From Mobula hypostoma (taxonomy: Eukaryota), in the NCBI RefSeq assembly GCF_963921235.1, contig NC_086108.1:5890001-5954000 (forward strand): 64,000 nt of DNA. Reading direction: 5' to 3'. This document shows positions 40,017 to 52,900 of the stretch, piece by piece. How positions within the stretch are numbered: position 1 is the first letter of the stretch; every line of letters begins with the position of its first letter. Made by a program: the position numbers and the translations under genes. The notes below the pieces were generated by a model that saw only the letters and a program-made list of their open reading frames with translations, ran no database searches and was not told where the DNA came from.

Positions 40017-41178
40017 CACCTCTTCCTACAGATGCTGCCTGGCCTGCTGCGTTCACCAGCAACTTTGATGTATGTTGCTTGAATTTCCAGCATCTGCAGA
40101 ATTCCTGTTGTTTACTTTCTTTTTACCCTGGTTTCTTGCATACTGTAATGCACTGGTGAATAATAAAGCCACCTTCAACTACTACTACACCGGGACTGGA
40201 GTTATCTATCAGCCTAGCCTGAGAGAAAAAACAGGGAAATCTCTTGAGTGAAGGCATAATTCTAAGAGTTTCTTAAATGTCCCTTAGGTAACTGCCTCCA
40301 CTTCCACGCCTGGCAGCGCTTTCCACACACCCACCATTCTCTATGTGTATAAAAAAAACTACCCCTGATGTCCCTGTTGTGTTCAATAAAAAGGGATATG
40401 CAGAGCGCACCAGGATGCTAGCATGCAGGATATTCAACTGAACTTTACCGATATCCTTGCTGGTACAGTATGTGAACTCCTCCCATGTGGGGGTGGCTAA
40501 CCGAGTGGTATAGGAATAACACTATTAACTACCATTACATGTATTTTCCTCCAATCACCTTGTATTAGCCATTTCCACACTGGGAAAAAGTCTCTGGCTG
40601 TCCACCCGATTTGGGCCTCTTTTCACCCTATACATCTCTATCAAGTCACCTCTCCTTGTCCTTCGCTCCTAGTTCACACAACCCATCCTCATAAGACATG
40701 CTCTCTAGTAGAGGCAGCATCCTGGTAAATAGCAAGTCTTAAGAACACAGGAAATCCGTGAATGCCAGGACAAAAGTGCCTCTTGAAGTTCTGCCCTAAT
40801 GAAGCGATTACCATGCGCCCAAAGGCGAGCCACCTCTTCTGAGGTGTTTGGTTGGAACAGCAAAATATTCTCAAGTTAAACATAGGAGCCAATGGGTTTG
40901 ACATGTGGTACAGTAACGTAGCCGTCAGTACAATGTTATTGCAGCGCCAGTGACCCAGGTTCAATTCCTGCTGTGTACGTTCTCCCCGTGACCACGTGGG
41001 TTTCCTCCAGGTGCTCCGGTTTCCTCCCACAGTCCAAAAAAAAAAGAGTTAGTAGGTTAATTGGTCACATGTGTGTAACTGGGCAGCACAGGCCGGTGGG
41101 CTGGAAGGGCTGTAACTCTAATAAGTACAAAATAAATAGACAGGGAGGTAGATAGATGGACAGGTAGTTAGATAGATA

Positions 41179-41785
41179 TGTAAGGCTCAGGGCTATCGAC
41201 TCGTGTTTGTCTAGGAGAAACCCTGTCCGCCCGCCAAACCGGGTCTCACGTTTGCATAGTTGCTGTGTAATGCACCCTGGTACAAACTCACCCATAAAGT
41301 ATCAGACAGCACCCAAGGTACGATTTACAGATTACACTTAATAAATCTTACTGGAACTATGTAATCAATAGAGATACAATATAAACGGAAAGTAAAAGGC
41401 ACCAAACTTATCAAAGTTCAACCACTTCGTGCACAACCGATGGAGCTCAATTAACGGGGTCTTCTGTCCATCATTCGATCTCCCCCAACCTCCCCAACCT
41501 GCCACCTGGGACCAACCAGAGCGCGTCCAGCACGTCCTTCCTCTTCGGTTCTCCTCCTGAAAAGCCCGCGCACTCACCCAGGTTCGCACACATACAGATA
41601 GAATAACATAGCTTCCATTGGTTAGTTCCTCCGTTATCTATAACCCCAAACTTTTTGGCTACAGAGAACATTATCTCATAGTTAACATTACAAAGAAGCC
41701 ATTTCATTTTCACACTTCAGAAAAGCCATTTTATAATTAGCAGTTAACAGTTAACATCAGAGTTAATATTACTGAGAACCCTACA
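41179..41785. mobile_element. Solo LTR inserted in a (GATA)n tract
   Basis: TGTAAGG..CCCTACA inverted termini; GATA on both sides (weak TSD evidence inside a microsatellite). Confidence 0.7.
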
Positions 41786-44429
41786 GATAGATAGATAAAC
41801 AGGTAGATAGACAGACAAATGGATAGATAAATAAATAACTGAATTATACTTCTGCTTAACAACCCTCCCCTACACCCATCACACTTTATCCTCAGTCAGT
41901 CTCTGCCTGTTAAAATGCACCCACTATCTCGGGCCACATCAGTGGCAAACTAGGACTGGTACTATACATTTACTTTACTTTCTTGCCATCTCTAGGAATG
42001 TTATTAGGAGGTGGGAAAATTCCAGCTACCATTTAACGAGTTGAAGAGCTTGTATAAAAGGACTCGTTAATGCTTGCATAAGTTAAAAACAAGAAAAGAA
42101 AAGTTCAAAAAAGTTTCACAAAAGCTTTTCAAAACTGTACAGGATCATAAACTGTGCGATGAGTGGAATCATGGTTATCTGATTATAAACAATCACTTGA
42201 CTAAGTACAGTCCCACCGCTGCCAATATTCACCCAGTGATTGTTCAGAGACATAATGGCTGTAAGGAAAACACAATGATTATTTTTATTACTCTTCTTTG
42301 TTCTGTTAGATAATTAAATGGCTGAGGTACAGAGGATATGTAGGTTGATCATAATTGGCCACTTTTGTTATATTTGCAACTTTGAGAGATCCCGATCCAA
42401 GAATTAAATTCTTTGCCAACTACCTTTAGGAATGATGAAGGATTTAGTGACTTTGTAATCTTGGCTTTTCCCTAACTTGTGCCAAAGATCTGTCAGGATG
42501 AAGGGCGTGCCTAGAACTCCAGCCTGTTCACTTGGCATGCGTTATTTCAACCTTTAACTTGACTGTAGTCAATAAAACATGAAGCTATGACTCTACTCTC
42601 TAATTCACATCCTGCAATGTGCACGTATCCTAGTTATCACAATATTTAACACTGTAAGACCATATGACATGGGAACAGAATCAGACCATTTGACCGATCG
42701 AGTCTGCTCTTCCACTCCATTACGGCTGATTTATTATCCATCTCAACCCCATTCGCCTGCCCTTCTCCCTGTAACTTTGACACCCTGACTAATCAAGATC
42801 CTATCAACGTCTGCTTTAAATATACCCAATGACCTGACCTCCACAGTTGCCTGTGGCAATGAATTCCACAGATTCACCAAACTCTGGCAAAAGAAATTTC
42901 CTCCACATCTCCGTTCTAAAGGGGCATCCTTGTATTCTGAGGCTGTGCTCTCTGGTCCTGGACTCACTCACTATTAATTTCAAAGGAAGTTCAAAGAAAA
43001 ATCATCTCCAGGTCCAATGAAAAGGTTTCAATGAAAGAACCCCCCTCCCCATTCCTTTAGACTCGAGCAGGGATGGGCCCAGGCCATCAAAAGCTCTGCA
43101 ATTGCTTCATCCCCAGGGTCATTCCCGTGAACTTCCTCTAGACCTGCTTGAATACCAGCACACCCTTTCTTAGATACTTACTTACTGCCCATTATACCTG
43201 CTGGCATTTAGGACTGCAATGAAGGTCCTGTATCTGTCTGTCCGTCTTGGGTCACTCAGATGTAGAAGGATTCTTCATTGCTGTTTCTGTGACAATTTTG
43301 CGTTAGCAGTCAGGGTTGTTAGCCCTGAGCTGAACCCCTGAACCTTGAGGATCGACCTGTGGACCACTCCTAGTCTGCCCTCTACCCTTTGACCTGTTTG
43401 GCACAGATGATCCTACCAAGAACCAAAGGATAAAACTCTGATTCCAGCCAACATAGTTCTCTGGGTCATTAAGGCACGCAAGCCTCCAAACCCAATGACA
43501 AGTTTGTGGTCCTCTTGGAGGTTTTCTTAGATAAGGAGCCCAAAGTGCCCACAATACTCCAAATGTATTCTGACCAGTGCCTTCTTCTTCTTCTTCTTGG
43601 GCTCTTAGCTCCCAGTGGATTGTAGGCCATTGAAGATCCAAAGTTGATGGTATGGTTGGAGTTCATCAATGTTTCTGTAATCCATTGTATCTGTTGTACC
43701 GGGGATTGGCCTATACAGCTTCACCAGAGCCCTGTTGGCCTGCCTTACCCATTTCCACCTCTCACAATGGGGACGCAAGGTCAGACTTTGAAAGGCGTCT
43801 CTTCTTTCCTTTTCAAGGTGGCTGGAGTCCTGTAGGAGTCTGTGATCAAACTGCCGATCTTCATAGCAGTGGGTTCTCTGAGCAGCCTAGCATTTTAGGT
43901 ATCTCCGGGAAAGGCCTGGAAGAAGTGTGCCTTCAGAGTATGGCTCTGTGGCCCCGTGGACGATCCGATTCTTTGCCGATGTCGTAGACTGAAGCATCAT
44001 GGGAGATCGGAACATTGACGCAGCAGATGTGGCTATCAGAGGCCTCTGCACTCGAGCGATCACCCTCTCTGTCTCTTGACGGTGAGATAGTTTGCTGTTA
44101 TTGTTGAGTGTTGGTGGAAGCTCACAATAAGGGAACACTGCAGACTATCACATCGAAACAATGAGCTGTTGGCCCCCCCCCCTTGCTGCGGCAGGAGCGA
44201 TGCCTCACTCTCCCATGTTAGTTGGGGGCTTTTCTGGGTAGTGGGAGGCTGATGTTTTCTGCTGGAGCCAGTGTGTGGGGGCAGGGTGATGCTTCCTGCT
44301 GGTTATGCATGGAAGGAGGGAAGGGAGCTTTGGCGTTTAGAGTTTTCCTGTCATTCATTCTTTGAGGTGTTCCTTCTGTTTCACGGATGTCTGTGAAGAG
44401 TAAAAATTTCAGGTTGTAGATTAGAAATC

Positions 44430-45390
44430 GGCTTTGCTGGAGAAGCCATGGAGTGGTAGTGGATGGTTGCCTCTCTTACTGCACGAGTGGTGTGACACAG
44501 GGGTCAGTGCTGGGTCCTTTGTTGTTTGTCATCTCTATCAATGATACTGTGGTCAACTGGATCAGCAAAATTTGTGGATGGCACCAAGATTGGGGGTGTA
44601 GTGGGCAGCGAGGAAGGCTCTCTTAGCTTGCCAGAGGATCTGCATCAGCTGGAAAAATGGGCTGAAAATGGCAGATGGAGTTTAATGCAGACAAGTGTGA
44701 GGTTCTGTACTTTGGTAGGATCAACCAGGGTAAGTCTTCCACAGTGAATGGTAGGGCACTGAGGGGTGTGGTAGGACAAAGGGATTCGGGAATACAGGTC
44801 CATAATTAGTTGAAAGTGGTGTCACAGGTAGATAGGGTCGTTAAGAAAGCTTTTGGCACATTGGCCTTCATAAGTCAATGCATTGAGTTCGGGACATTGG
44901 ATGTCGTGTTGAAGTTGTGTAAGATGTTGGTGATGCCTAATTTGGAGCATTGTGTGCAGTTTTGGTCACCTACCTACAGGAAAGATGTAAATAAGGTTGA
45001 AAGAGTACAGAGAAAATTTACAAGAGTGTTGCTGGATCTGGGGGACCTGAGTTATAAAGAAAGATTGAATAGGTTAGGACTTTATTCCTTGGAATGTAGA
45101 AGATTGAGGGGAGGTTTGATAGAGGCATACAGTAATATGACTAAAGGAAGCAGGCTTTTTCCACTGAGGTTGAGTGGGACTACGAGCAGAGGTCATGGGT
45201 TAAGGGTGGCAGCTGAAAAGTTTAAAGGGAACATGAGGGAAAACTTCTTCACTCAGAGTGTGGAACAACCTGCCAGCACAAGTGGTGCATGCCAGCTCAG
45301 CATCAATGCCTAAGAGAAGTTTGGATGGTAGGGGTATGGAGGGCTATGGTCCCGGTGAAGGCTGATGGGAGTAACTCTATGACTGTATAT
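44430..45390 (+). mobile_element. CR1 LINE 3' fragment
   Basis: KFVDGTKIGGVV..; PNLEHCVQFWSPTYRKDVNKVERVQRKFTR. Confidence 0.9.
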
Positions 45391-45561
45391 TGTATACATT
45401 CCCTGATATTAAATGGAATCATTGAACCATTGGACAAATGCCTTAATGATGTTGAATGCTTGTGATAGAACACATAACACTACACTAATTTTCATTGCAG
45501 AGAGTGGTTACTCTGAGCTGGGGATCACTGCTATGTGTCAGCACAGCTGTTTGCTGAAATA

Positions 45562-45709
45562 TGGACTTTAAACCAGAGGTTCTCAACCTTCTTTATGCCA
45601 ATACCATTCAGCAGGGAGTCTGTGGACCCCCGGTTGAGAACCTCTGCTTTAGACTGAATAATTTTTTCATTGCAAAGAGTTAAGACTGTTTAATTGTGCT
45701 CTATTTAAA
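45562..45709. repeat. 148-bp segment (small hAT MITE plus flank) duplicated in inverted orientation at 47131-47278
   Basis: MITE CAGAGGTTCTCAACC..GGTTGAGAACCTCTG with CTTTAAAC/CTTTAGAC TSD and ~60 bp of flank present in both copies. Confidence 0.85.
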
Positions 45710-46170
45710 TTGTTTGGCAAAGCTATGCTAACGCTCCATTTCCATCAACACCACTATCTCAAGTCTTTGGAGCATTTAGCAAACTCTGAAATAAAAAAGT
45801 GGTCAAAATGATTCAACCGTACAAGATAAGATCATCATTCCAGTAAGATGGCAGTGCGTTCAATTGCAGTGGCTTCTACAGGGTCAACCAAAGGTGTTAC
45901 TGTCCTTTTTAAACACATCTTTTTACGATTGCAAAACCCTGCTGGGCATTAAGAATTGTAGGTCTACCTCATCAGCGAGTTGCTCCTTGGTGGGGGAACT
46001 GAAGGAGCTGGGCTTAATGCGGATTGCGTGGCTGCCTGTGTCAGAGAAGTGTCATAGCCCAAAGGGGGTGCGCAGTCTAACAGCGAGTGATTGCCTTAGA
46101 CACTTTTCCTGTGATCACAACACCCTGTTGGACAGTGTTAATATGGAAATCTGCAAGTCCAATTCACTGA

Positions 46171-46309
46171 CAAATTGGTCCTGACGAAGGGTCTCGGCCT
46201 GAAATGTCGACTGCACCTCTTCCTAGAGATGCTACCTGGCCTGCTGCGTTCACCAGCAACTTTTGTGTGTTGCTTGAATTTCCAGCATCTGCAGAATTCC
46301 TGTTGTTTG
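46171..46309 (+). mobile_element. 139-bp hammerhead-plus-tail PLE mini-insertion
   Basis: 15-bp TSD AGTCCAATTCACTGA (46156-46170 / 46310-46324); GTC-CTGACGA-AGGGTCTCGGCCT-GAAA-TG-TC-GAC. Confidence 0.85.
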
Positions 46310-46334
46310 AGTCCAATTCACTGATTGATTGGCA

Positions 46335-46878
46335 GATAGAAACATGGAAACATAGAAAACCCACGACACAATACAGGCCCTTCAGCCCACAAAGTTGTGC
46401 CGAACATGTCCCTACCTTAGAAATTACTAGGCTTGCCCATAGCTCTCTATTTTTCTGAGCTCCATGTACCTACCCAAAAGTCTCTTAAAAGACCCTATCG
46501 TATCTGCCTCCACCACTGTTCTGGCAGCCCATTCCACACACTCACCACTCTCTGCGTAAAAAACTTACCCCTGACATCCCCTCTGTACTTACTCCCCGGC
46601 ACCTTAAACCTGTGTCCTCTTGTGGCAACCATTTCAGCCCCGGGAAAAAGCCTCTGACTATCCACATGATCAATGCCTCTCATCATCTTATACACCTCTA
46701 TCAGGTCACCTCTCATCCTCCGTCGCTCCAAGAAGAAAAGGCCGAGTTCACTCTACCTATTCTGATAAGGCATGCTCCCCAATCCAGGCAACATCCTTGT
46801 AAATCTCCTCTGTACCTTTTCTATGGTTTCCACATCCTTCCTGTAGTGAGGCAATCAGAACTGAGCACAGTACTCCAA
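46335..46878 (-). mobile_element. CR1 LINE 3' fragment
   Basis: ERRRMRGDLIEVYKMMRGID..TRGHRFKV..FFTQRVVSVWNGLP. Confidence 0.9.
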
Positions 46879-47133
46879 CACGAGGAATTCTGCAGATGCT
46901 GGAAATTCAAGCAACACACATCAAAGTTGCTGGTGAACGCAGCAGGCCAGGCAGCATCTCTAGGAAGAGGTACAGTCGACGTTTCAGGCCGAGACCCTTA
47001 GTCAGTCCTGATGAAGGGTTCTGGCCCGAAGCGTCGACCGATCTTTTCCACGGATGCTGCCCGATCTGCTGAGTTCCTCCAGGGTGTTGTGAGTGTTGCT
47101 TTGACCCCAGCATCTGCAGATTATTTTGAGTTT
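46878..47133. mobile_element. Two PLE tails of different subfamilies joined head-to-head at their hammerhead motifs
   Basis: ..GTCGACGTTTCAGGCCGAGACCCTTAGTCAG|TCCTGATGAAGGGTTCTGGCCCGAAGCGTCGAC.. Confidence 0.8.
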
Positions 47134-47721
47134 AATTAGAGCACAATTAAACAGTCTTAACTCTTTGCAATGGAAAAATTATTCAGTCTAAAGCAGGGGT
47201 TCTCAACCGGGGGTCCACAGACCCCTTGCTGAATAGTATTGGCATAAAGAAGGTTGGGAACCTCTGATTTAAAGACCAGATGGCAGGGGAACTGTGTGGT
47301 TTTGGACGTAGTGAGGATTAGGCCTCAAGCCACGGTGTCTCCTACTTACAGCCACCCAGGAGAGGGTCATCAGAGGCAGTGCGGCACAGCATCCAAGCTG
47401 GAGTCAGTGCTGCCCCCAGGTATTCGCTCGGCAGAAGGCAAGCTGTATTGCTTTTCACTGCAGACTGCTGCACTCATGGACTCAGCTTGGGGACCATATT
47501 TTTCGTGTGACTGTGTTTTACTGATATCTTATACAGGACATATGTGCATTCTGCTGTGTGTGACTGTCGGCACTGTGTTTTGCACCTTGGCTCCAGAGTA
47601 ACACTATACTTGGGCTGTATTCACGGGTATTCACCTATGGTCGAAAGACAGTTACACTGGAACTATGAACTATTCAATTGCATGCTGCCTTCTGAGATCA
47701 TTGTCCAAAGGCATCCAAAGG

Positions 47722-48152
47722 TTGAACAAGTTGGGTCTTTATTCTTTGGAACGTAGAAGGTTGAGGGGGGACTCGATAGAGGTATTTAAAATTATGAGGG
47801 GGATTGATAGAGTTGACGTGGATAGGCTTTTCCATTGAGAGTGGGGGAGATTCAAGCAAGAGGACATGAGTTGAGAGTTAAAGGGCAAAAGTTTACGGGT
47901 AACATGAGGGGGAACTTCTTTACTCAGAGAGTGGTGGCTGTGTGGAACGAGCTTCCAACAGAAGTGGTTGAGGTAGGTTCGATATTGTCGTTTAAAGTTA
48001 AATTGGATAGATATATGGACAGGAAAGGAATGGAGGGTTATGGGCTGAGTGCAGGTTGGTGGGACTAGGTAAGAGTAAGAGTTCGGCACGGACTAGAAGG
48101 GCCGAGATGGCCTGTTTCCGTGCTGTAATTGTTATATGGTTATATGGTTATA
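47722..48152 (+). mobile_element. CR1 3' end with (TTATATGG)n tail
   Basis: ARGHELRVKGQKFTGNMRGNFFTQRVVAVWNELP. Confidence 0.9.
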
Positions 48153-49174
48153 AAGGACAGAAATAATCTCCTTCAAGCAAGAAGTGAGTTCAGGGAGTAT
48201 TATAAATCACCTCCTACCGCAAGCAGAGAGAACTTATTGGAAAGTTCACCCCAATTGTCCAGAAAGTTTAATCTTTTACGGAAAGCAATGAAATAATTAT
48301 AGGTCTGGGGCGCTGGGCTGCAGCAGCAGAGTTTTCTCACACGATTTTTATTGTTGTGAACTGCGGTCATTAAAGAGGTGTTCTCATATTGCAGGGCTGA
48401 GAGTTGTATGTCCTTCTGGAGTCTGGAAGGATAGAGACAGGAGGAGGGGTAGAATATCGCTGGCACGTCTGATTTTATCCACACTTCTAAACAGATCGGT
48501 AATGGGGACAAGCTCCCACTACCTATTAAATGCTCCCAGTGGCACGTGACTCAAGTAGCCTCTGCCAACCAGTTCCAGCCGCTGGCCTTCATGTGTGGCT
48601 TAACTACGAAGCCTGGTGGAACTGTTTCCCACCTTTGCCAGGAGAAGGGCAAAGGTGGGTTACTGGAGCCTTAAAGCCAGTTGTTTTGGGCAGATGGGGC
48701 ACATCAGCTATGGTTGGCGACCCTTCTAGGAGAAGGAAAACTCAGATCTCTAATCTCTGGTGCTTTGTGGCTATACTCGCTCGAGGGGAAGGGAACTGGA
48801 GTCCCTAAGGCAGTCCAGCACTGTGTTCAGTGACGACTGGTAACTCCTACGACACTGCTGGTTGCAAACTGTGTCTGTCTCCACTGTTCCTTCGGCTCCA
48901 TCAGAAGCTTGCAGAGGGGGGAGCTTACGACAGGGGCAACAGCTTGCTCTCCATATCGTACTGTGCATCTAGACAGCCAGGATGCGACGTCCATGGTCTA
49001 CCCTCGCCAGTGGAGGGCTCTAACACATCAACAGGGTGGCTACTGGGGCATAAACAAGGGTAAAGAAAGTAATTCACCTGATGGAAAAGTATGTGGTACT
49101 CAGGTCCCACAAAGTCAAAGTGAAATCTGAGAGGAACTCTATAATTCCATGCAGATTTCAACTAGCTGTATACC

Positions 49175-49925
49175 AGCTTGAGTGGTGTCACAGCAACAAA
49201 CTGGCACTCAACGTCAGCAAGACCAAAGAGCCAATTGTGGGTTCCAGGAAGGGTGAGATGAGGGAACACACACCAGTTCTCACAGAGGGGTCAGAAGTGG
49301 AAAGGGGGAGCAGTTTCAGATTCCTGGGTGTCAACATCTCTCAGGATCAATCCTGGACCCAACGTATCCATGAACTTACAACGAAGACATGCCAATGGCT
49401 ATACTTCATGAGGAGTTTGAGACACTTGTTAATTTCTACAGATGTACAGTGGAGAGCATTCTAACTGTCTGGTATGGGGGGTGGGGGGCTACTGCACAGA
49501 TCAAAGTAAACTACAGAGCTGTAAACACAGTCAGCTCCATCATGGGCACCAGCCTCCGTAGTATCCAGGACGTCTTCAAGGGAGCGGTGCTTCAAAAAGG
49601 CAGCATCCATCATTAAGGACTCCCATCACCCAGGATGTGCCCTCTTCTCACTGCTATCATCAGGAAGGAGGTACAGAAGCCTGAAGACACTCACTCAACA
49701 ATTCAGGAACAGCTTCCTCCGCTCTGCCATCTGATTTCTGAATGGACATTGAACCCATGAACACTACCTCATTACTTTTTTATGTTTTATTTTTGCACTA
49801 CTTATTTAATGCAACTATTTTATATATATATATAATTCTGTATTGTTGTGTATTGCATTGGACTGCTGCCGCAAAGACAACACATTTCATGCCATATCCT
49901 GATGATATTAAAGCTGACTCTGATT
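49175..49925 (+). mobile_element. Rex/Babar-like (DUF1891-type) LINE 3' fragment; relatives at ~18030, 24470, 50520, 51140, 52090, 59200
   Basis: WCHSNKLALNVSKTKE..FRFLGVNIS; FYRCTVESILT; end homologous to the 95-bp satellite peptide. Confidence 0.75.
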
Positions 49926-52900
49926 CTGGAAAAAGACTTGTGGGTTGGCACTGCTCAGACCATAAAAGCAGCTTGATTCTTGCAAGAATTGAACTGGTTG
50001 CCTTGGCAACTACCTGCCTGGTCTACATCTGCCTGGTTTACAAGATTTTAATTTATTGAAATAGAGCGTGGAGTAGGCCCTTCTGTCCCTTCAAGCCGTG
50101 CTGTCCGGCAATCCCCCGATTTAACCCTAACCTAATCACGGGACAACTTACAATGACCAACTAACCTACCAACCGTAGGTCTTTGGACTGTGGGAGGAAA
50201 CCAGAGCACCCGGAGGAAACAGGGAGAATCTACAAACTCCTTACAGGCAGCGGGGGGAATTGAACCTGGGTCGCCTGTACTGTGAAGCGTTGTGCTGACC
50301 ACTACTCTACTGTGCCAGCCTGTCTCCTCTGTCTAAAATGCCACAGAAGATCTTTCAGTTACTTGAAGGAGATCTACTGCCTTTTTAGGCAGCTAAATAA
50401 GGATCTTGAATCCCCTCCCCTCCCCATGATAACTCCCCAGATGAATCATATGAATTGCAGGCATACTAAAAATTCAAAGTGAAGTACATATTAGTCACCA
50501 TATACAACCCTGAGATTCATTTTCTTGTGGGCATACTCAATAAGTCTATAGAATAAGAACTATAATAGAATTAATGTAAGACTGCACCAACGTGGGTGTT
50601 CAACCAGAGTGCAGAAGACAACAAAGAGAAATAATGATAATAAAATAAATAAGCAACAAAAATCGAGAACTTTGAGATAAAGAGTCCTTGAAAGTGAGTC
50701 CATTGCTTGTGGGAACATTTTAATGATGGGGAAATTTTGTTCAAAAACCTGATGTTTGAGGGGTGGTGACTGTTGTTGAACCTGGTGGTTGTGAGTCCCG
50801 AGGCTCCTGATGGCAACAGTGAGAAAAGAGCATGGCCTACGCGGTGAACGATTTGGTGATAGATGCTGCTTTACTGAGAGATGCAACACGGAGCGTCATT
50901 GGAAGTCATTCCTGCCTGTGGCCATCAAACTTCACAACTCCTCCCTTGGAGGGTCAGACACCCTGAGCCAATAGGCTGGTCCTGGACTTATTTCATAATT
51001 TACTGGCATAATTTACATGTTACTATTTAACTATTTATGGTTTTATTACTATTTAATTATTTATGGTGCAACTGTAACGAAAACCAATTTCCCCCGGGAT
51101 CAATAAAGTATGACTATGACTATATCCTAGGACACTGTTTCATTCAGATGTGCTCAGTGGCTGGGAGGGTTTTACCTGTGATGTGCTGGGCCAAATCCAC
51201 GACCTTTTGTAGGATTTTCTCTTCAAAGGCATTGGTGTTTCCACACCAGGCTGTGATGCAGCCAGTCAATATACTCTCCACTACACATCTATAGCAGATT
51301 GTTGGAGTTTTAGATGCCCCAATCTCAGCTGCAGTTATTACCTTCCCTGTCCTGACCTCTGCTACCTTCCTTGATCTCCTGCAAACACAGGGAAGTGCAG
51401 GCTGCAGATGGTTCCAGCTGAAGGGGTTGGGCGTTGGCAGCAAGTGAACTTTGAGCCAAAGAGACAGTGACCAAAGTGTTTGCTTGAACGTCTCTGTAAT
51501 AATGAGATGTTAACTTTGGCTCACTTGGTAATGTCTTTATTGGGAGAGTTATGAGCTCAAATTCTGCTCCAGGCTGCCCCTCCTCTGTACTTCTGCCACC
51601 CAGCTTTCTCAGTTCACTGCTGAAATATCAATCCTCTCGCTGGCAGACAGACCACCTACATTTTGCAATTAAATTTTAATTGCTTTTAGCACAGCAAGGA
51701 CTGATTAGGATGTAATAGATATTCACTGCTTTATTTAACTGTGCCAAGTTTATGGAAAAGCTTTACCTTTTTCTTAATGTAAGGGCACAGAAATGACAAA
51801 TGTAATGATGGTATGCCTTTTAGTTAGCTTATCCTTGGATCTAATATTTTGGATTTTAATCTTCCAAAGTTATTACAAAAGGACCTGTTAGTACAGAGAG
51901 TTCTCAGTAGGTTCATCTCACAAGAGATGACTTTAACTTTATTTTTCAGGTGATTTTTTTTTTGAAAGTGGAGGAAAATATTACTGCTCCCTGCTCAGGT
52001 GAGATCCCATCTGATTCTATCCCACTGGCTGAACAAGCTTGAAATTTTCCAGTCCATTTTGTCAGTGCTTTGCACTAGATTTCGATCTCACTGGCCAGAG
52101 GTGGAGAGTTCAGCAACTTTAAATTCCAAGCTGTTATTATCTCAGAGGACCTGTCTTGGGCCCAGCATGTAAATACAATTATGAAGAAAGCACCTCTACT
52201 TCCTCGGGAGATTTTGGAGATTCAGTATGATACCTTAGTGAAACTTCTATTGATGTGTATTGATTGCTGCTTTACAGCCTGGTATGGAAACACCAATGCC
52301 TTTGAATGGAAATCCGACAAAAATAATAGATACCGCCCACTCATCATGGGCAAAGCCCTCCCGACCATTGAGCACATCTACTTGAAACACTGTTGTAGGA
52401 AAGCAGCATCCATCATCAGAGTTCCCCACCACCCTGGCCATGCTTTCTGCTCATTGCTGCCATACAAGATGTTCTGACATTGGAGAGGTCCACGAGAATG
52501 ATCCCAGGAACGAAAGGATTAACATACGACACACATTTGATGGTTCTGGGCCTGTACTCGCTGGAGTTTCGAAGGATGAGGGAGCATCTCATTGAAACCT
52601 GTTGAATATTGAAAGGCCTAGATAGAGGCCTGAAAATGAGCTCTTTCATTTTTGTGTTTTATATTCTGCGTTTTCAGTTGCTCTTTTTTGTTGCCATTTG
52701 GGTGATTTGTTTCTTTTTGCGTGTCGGTAGCCGGGGGAATTGATATTCTTATTGCTATTTGAGCAATGTTTTTTGCATTGGGGGGGTTTGATGTTTTTCC
52801 TTTGTTTCGTGGCTGTCTGTGGAGAAGACGAATCTCGGGGTTGTATATTGCATTCATACTTTGATAAGAAATGTACTTTGAATCTTTTGAGTGGGTGTGG

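Larger units (their letters stand above)
39885..40112 (+). mobile_element. 228-bp protein-free PLE-tail insertion forming a long hairpin
   Basis: 14-bp TSD TACTTTCTTTTTAC (39871-39884 / 40113-40126); ~93-bp inverted arms. Confidence 0.9.

Noticed and set aside
39884..40077. miRNA precursor or MITE
   Set aside because: The arms are PLE tail sequence, and the long TSD flanks an asymmetric unit rather than the inverted repeats themselves
48200..48511. 103-aa ORF in mostly unique DNA
   Set aside because: No recognisable motif, the start lies in an adjacent repeat, and no convincing splice-site pair
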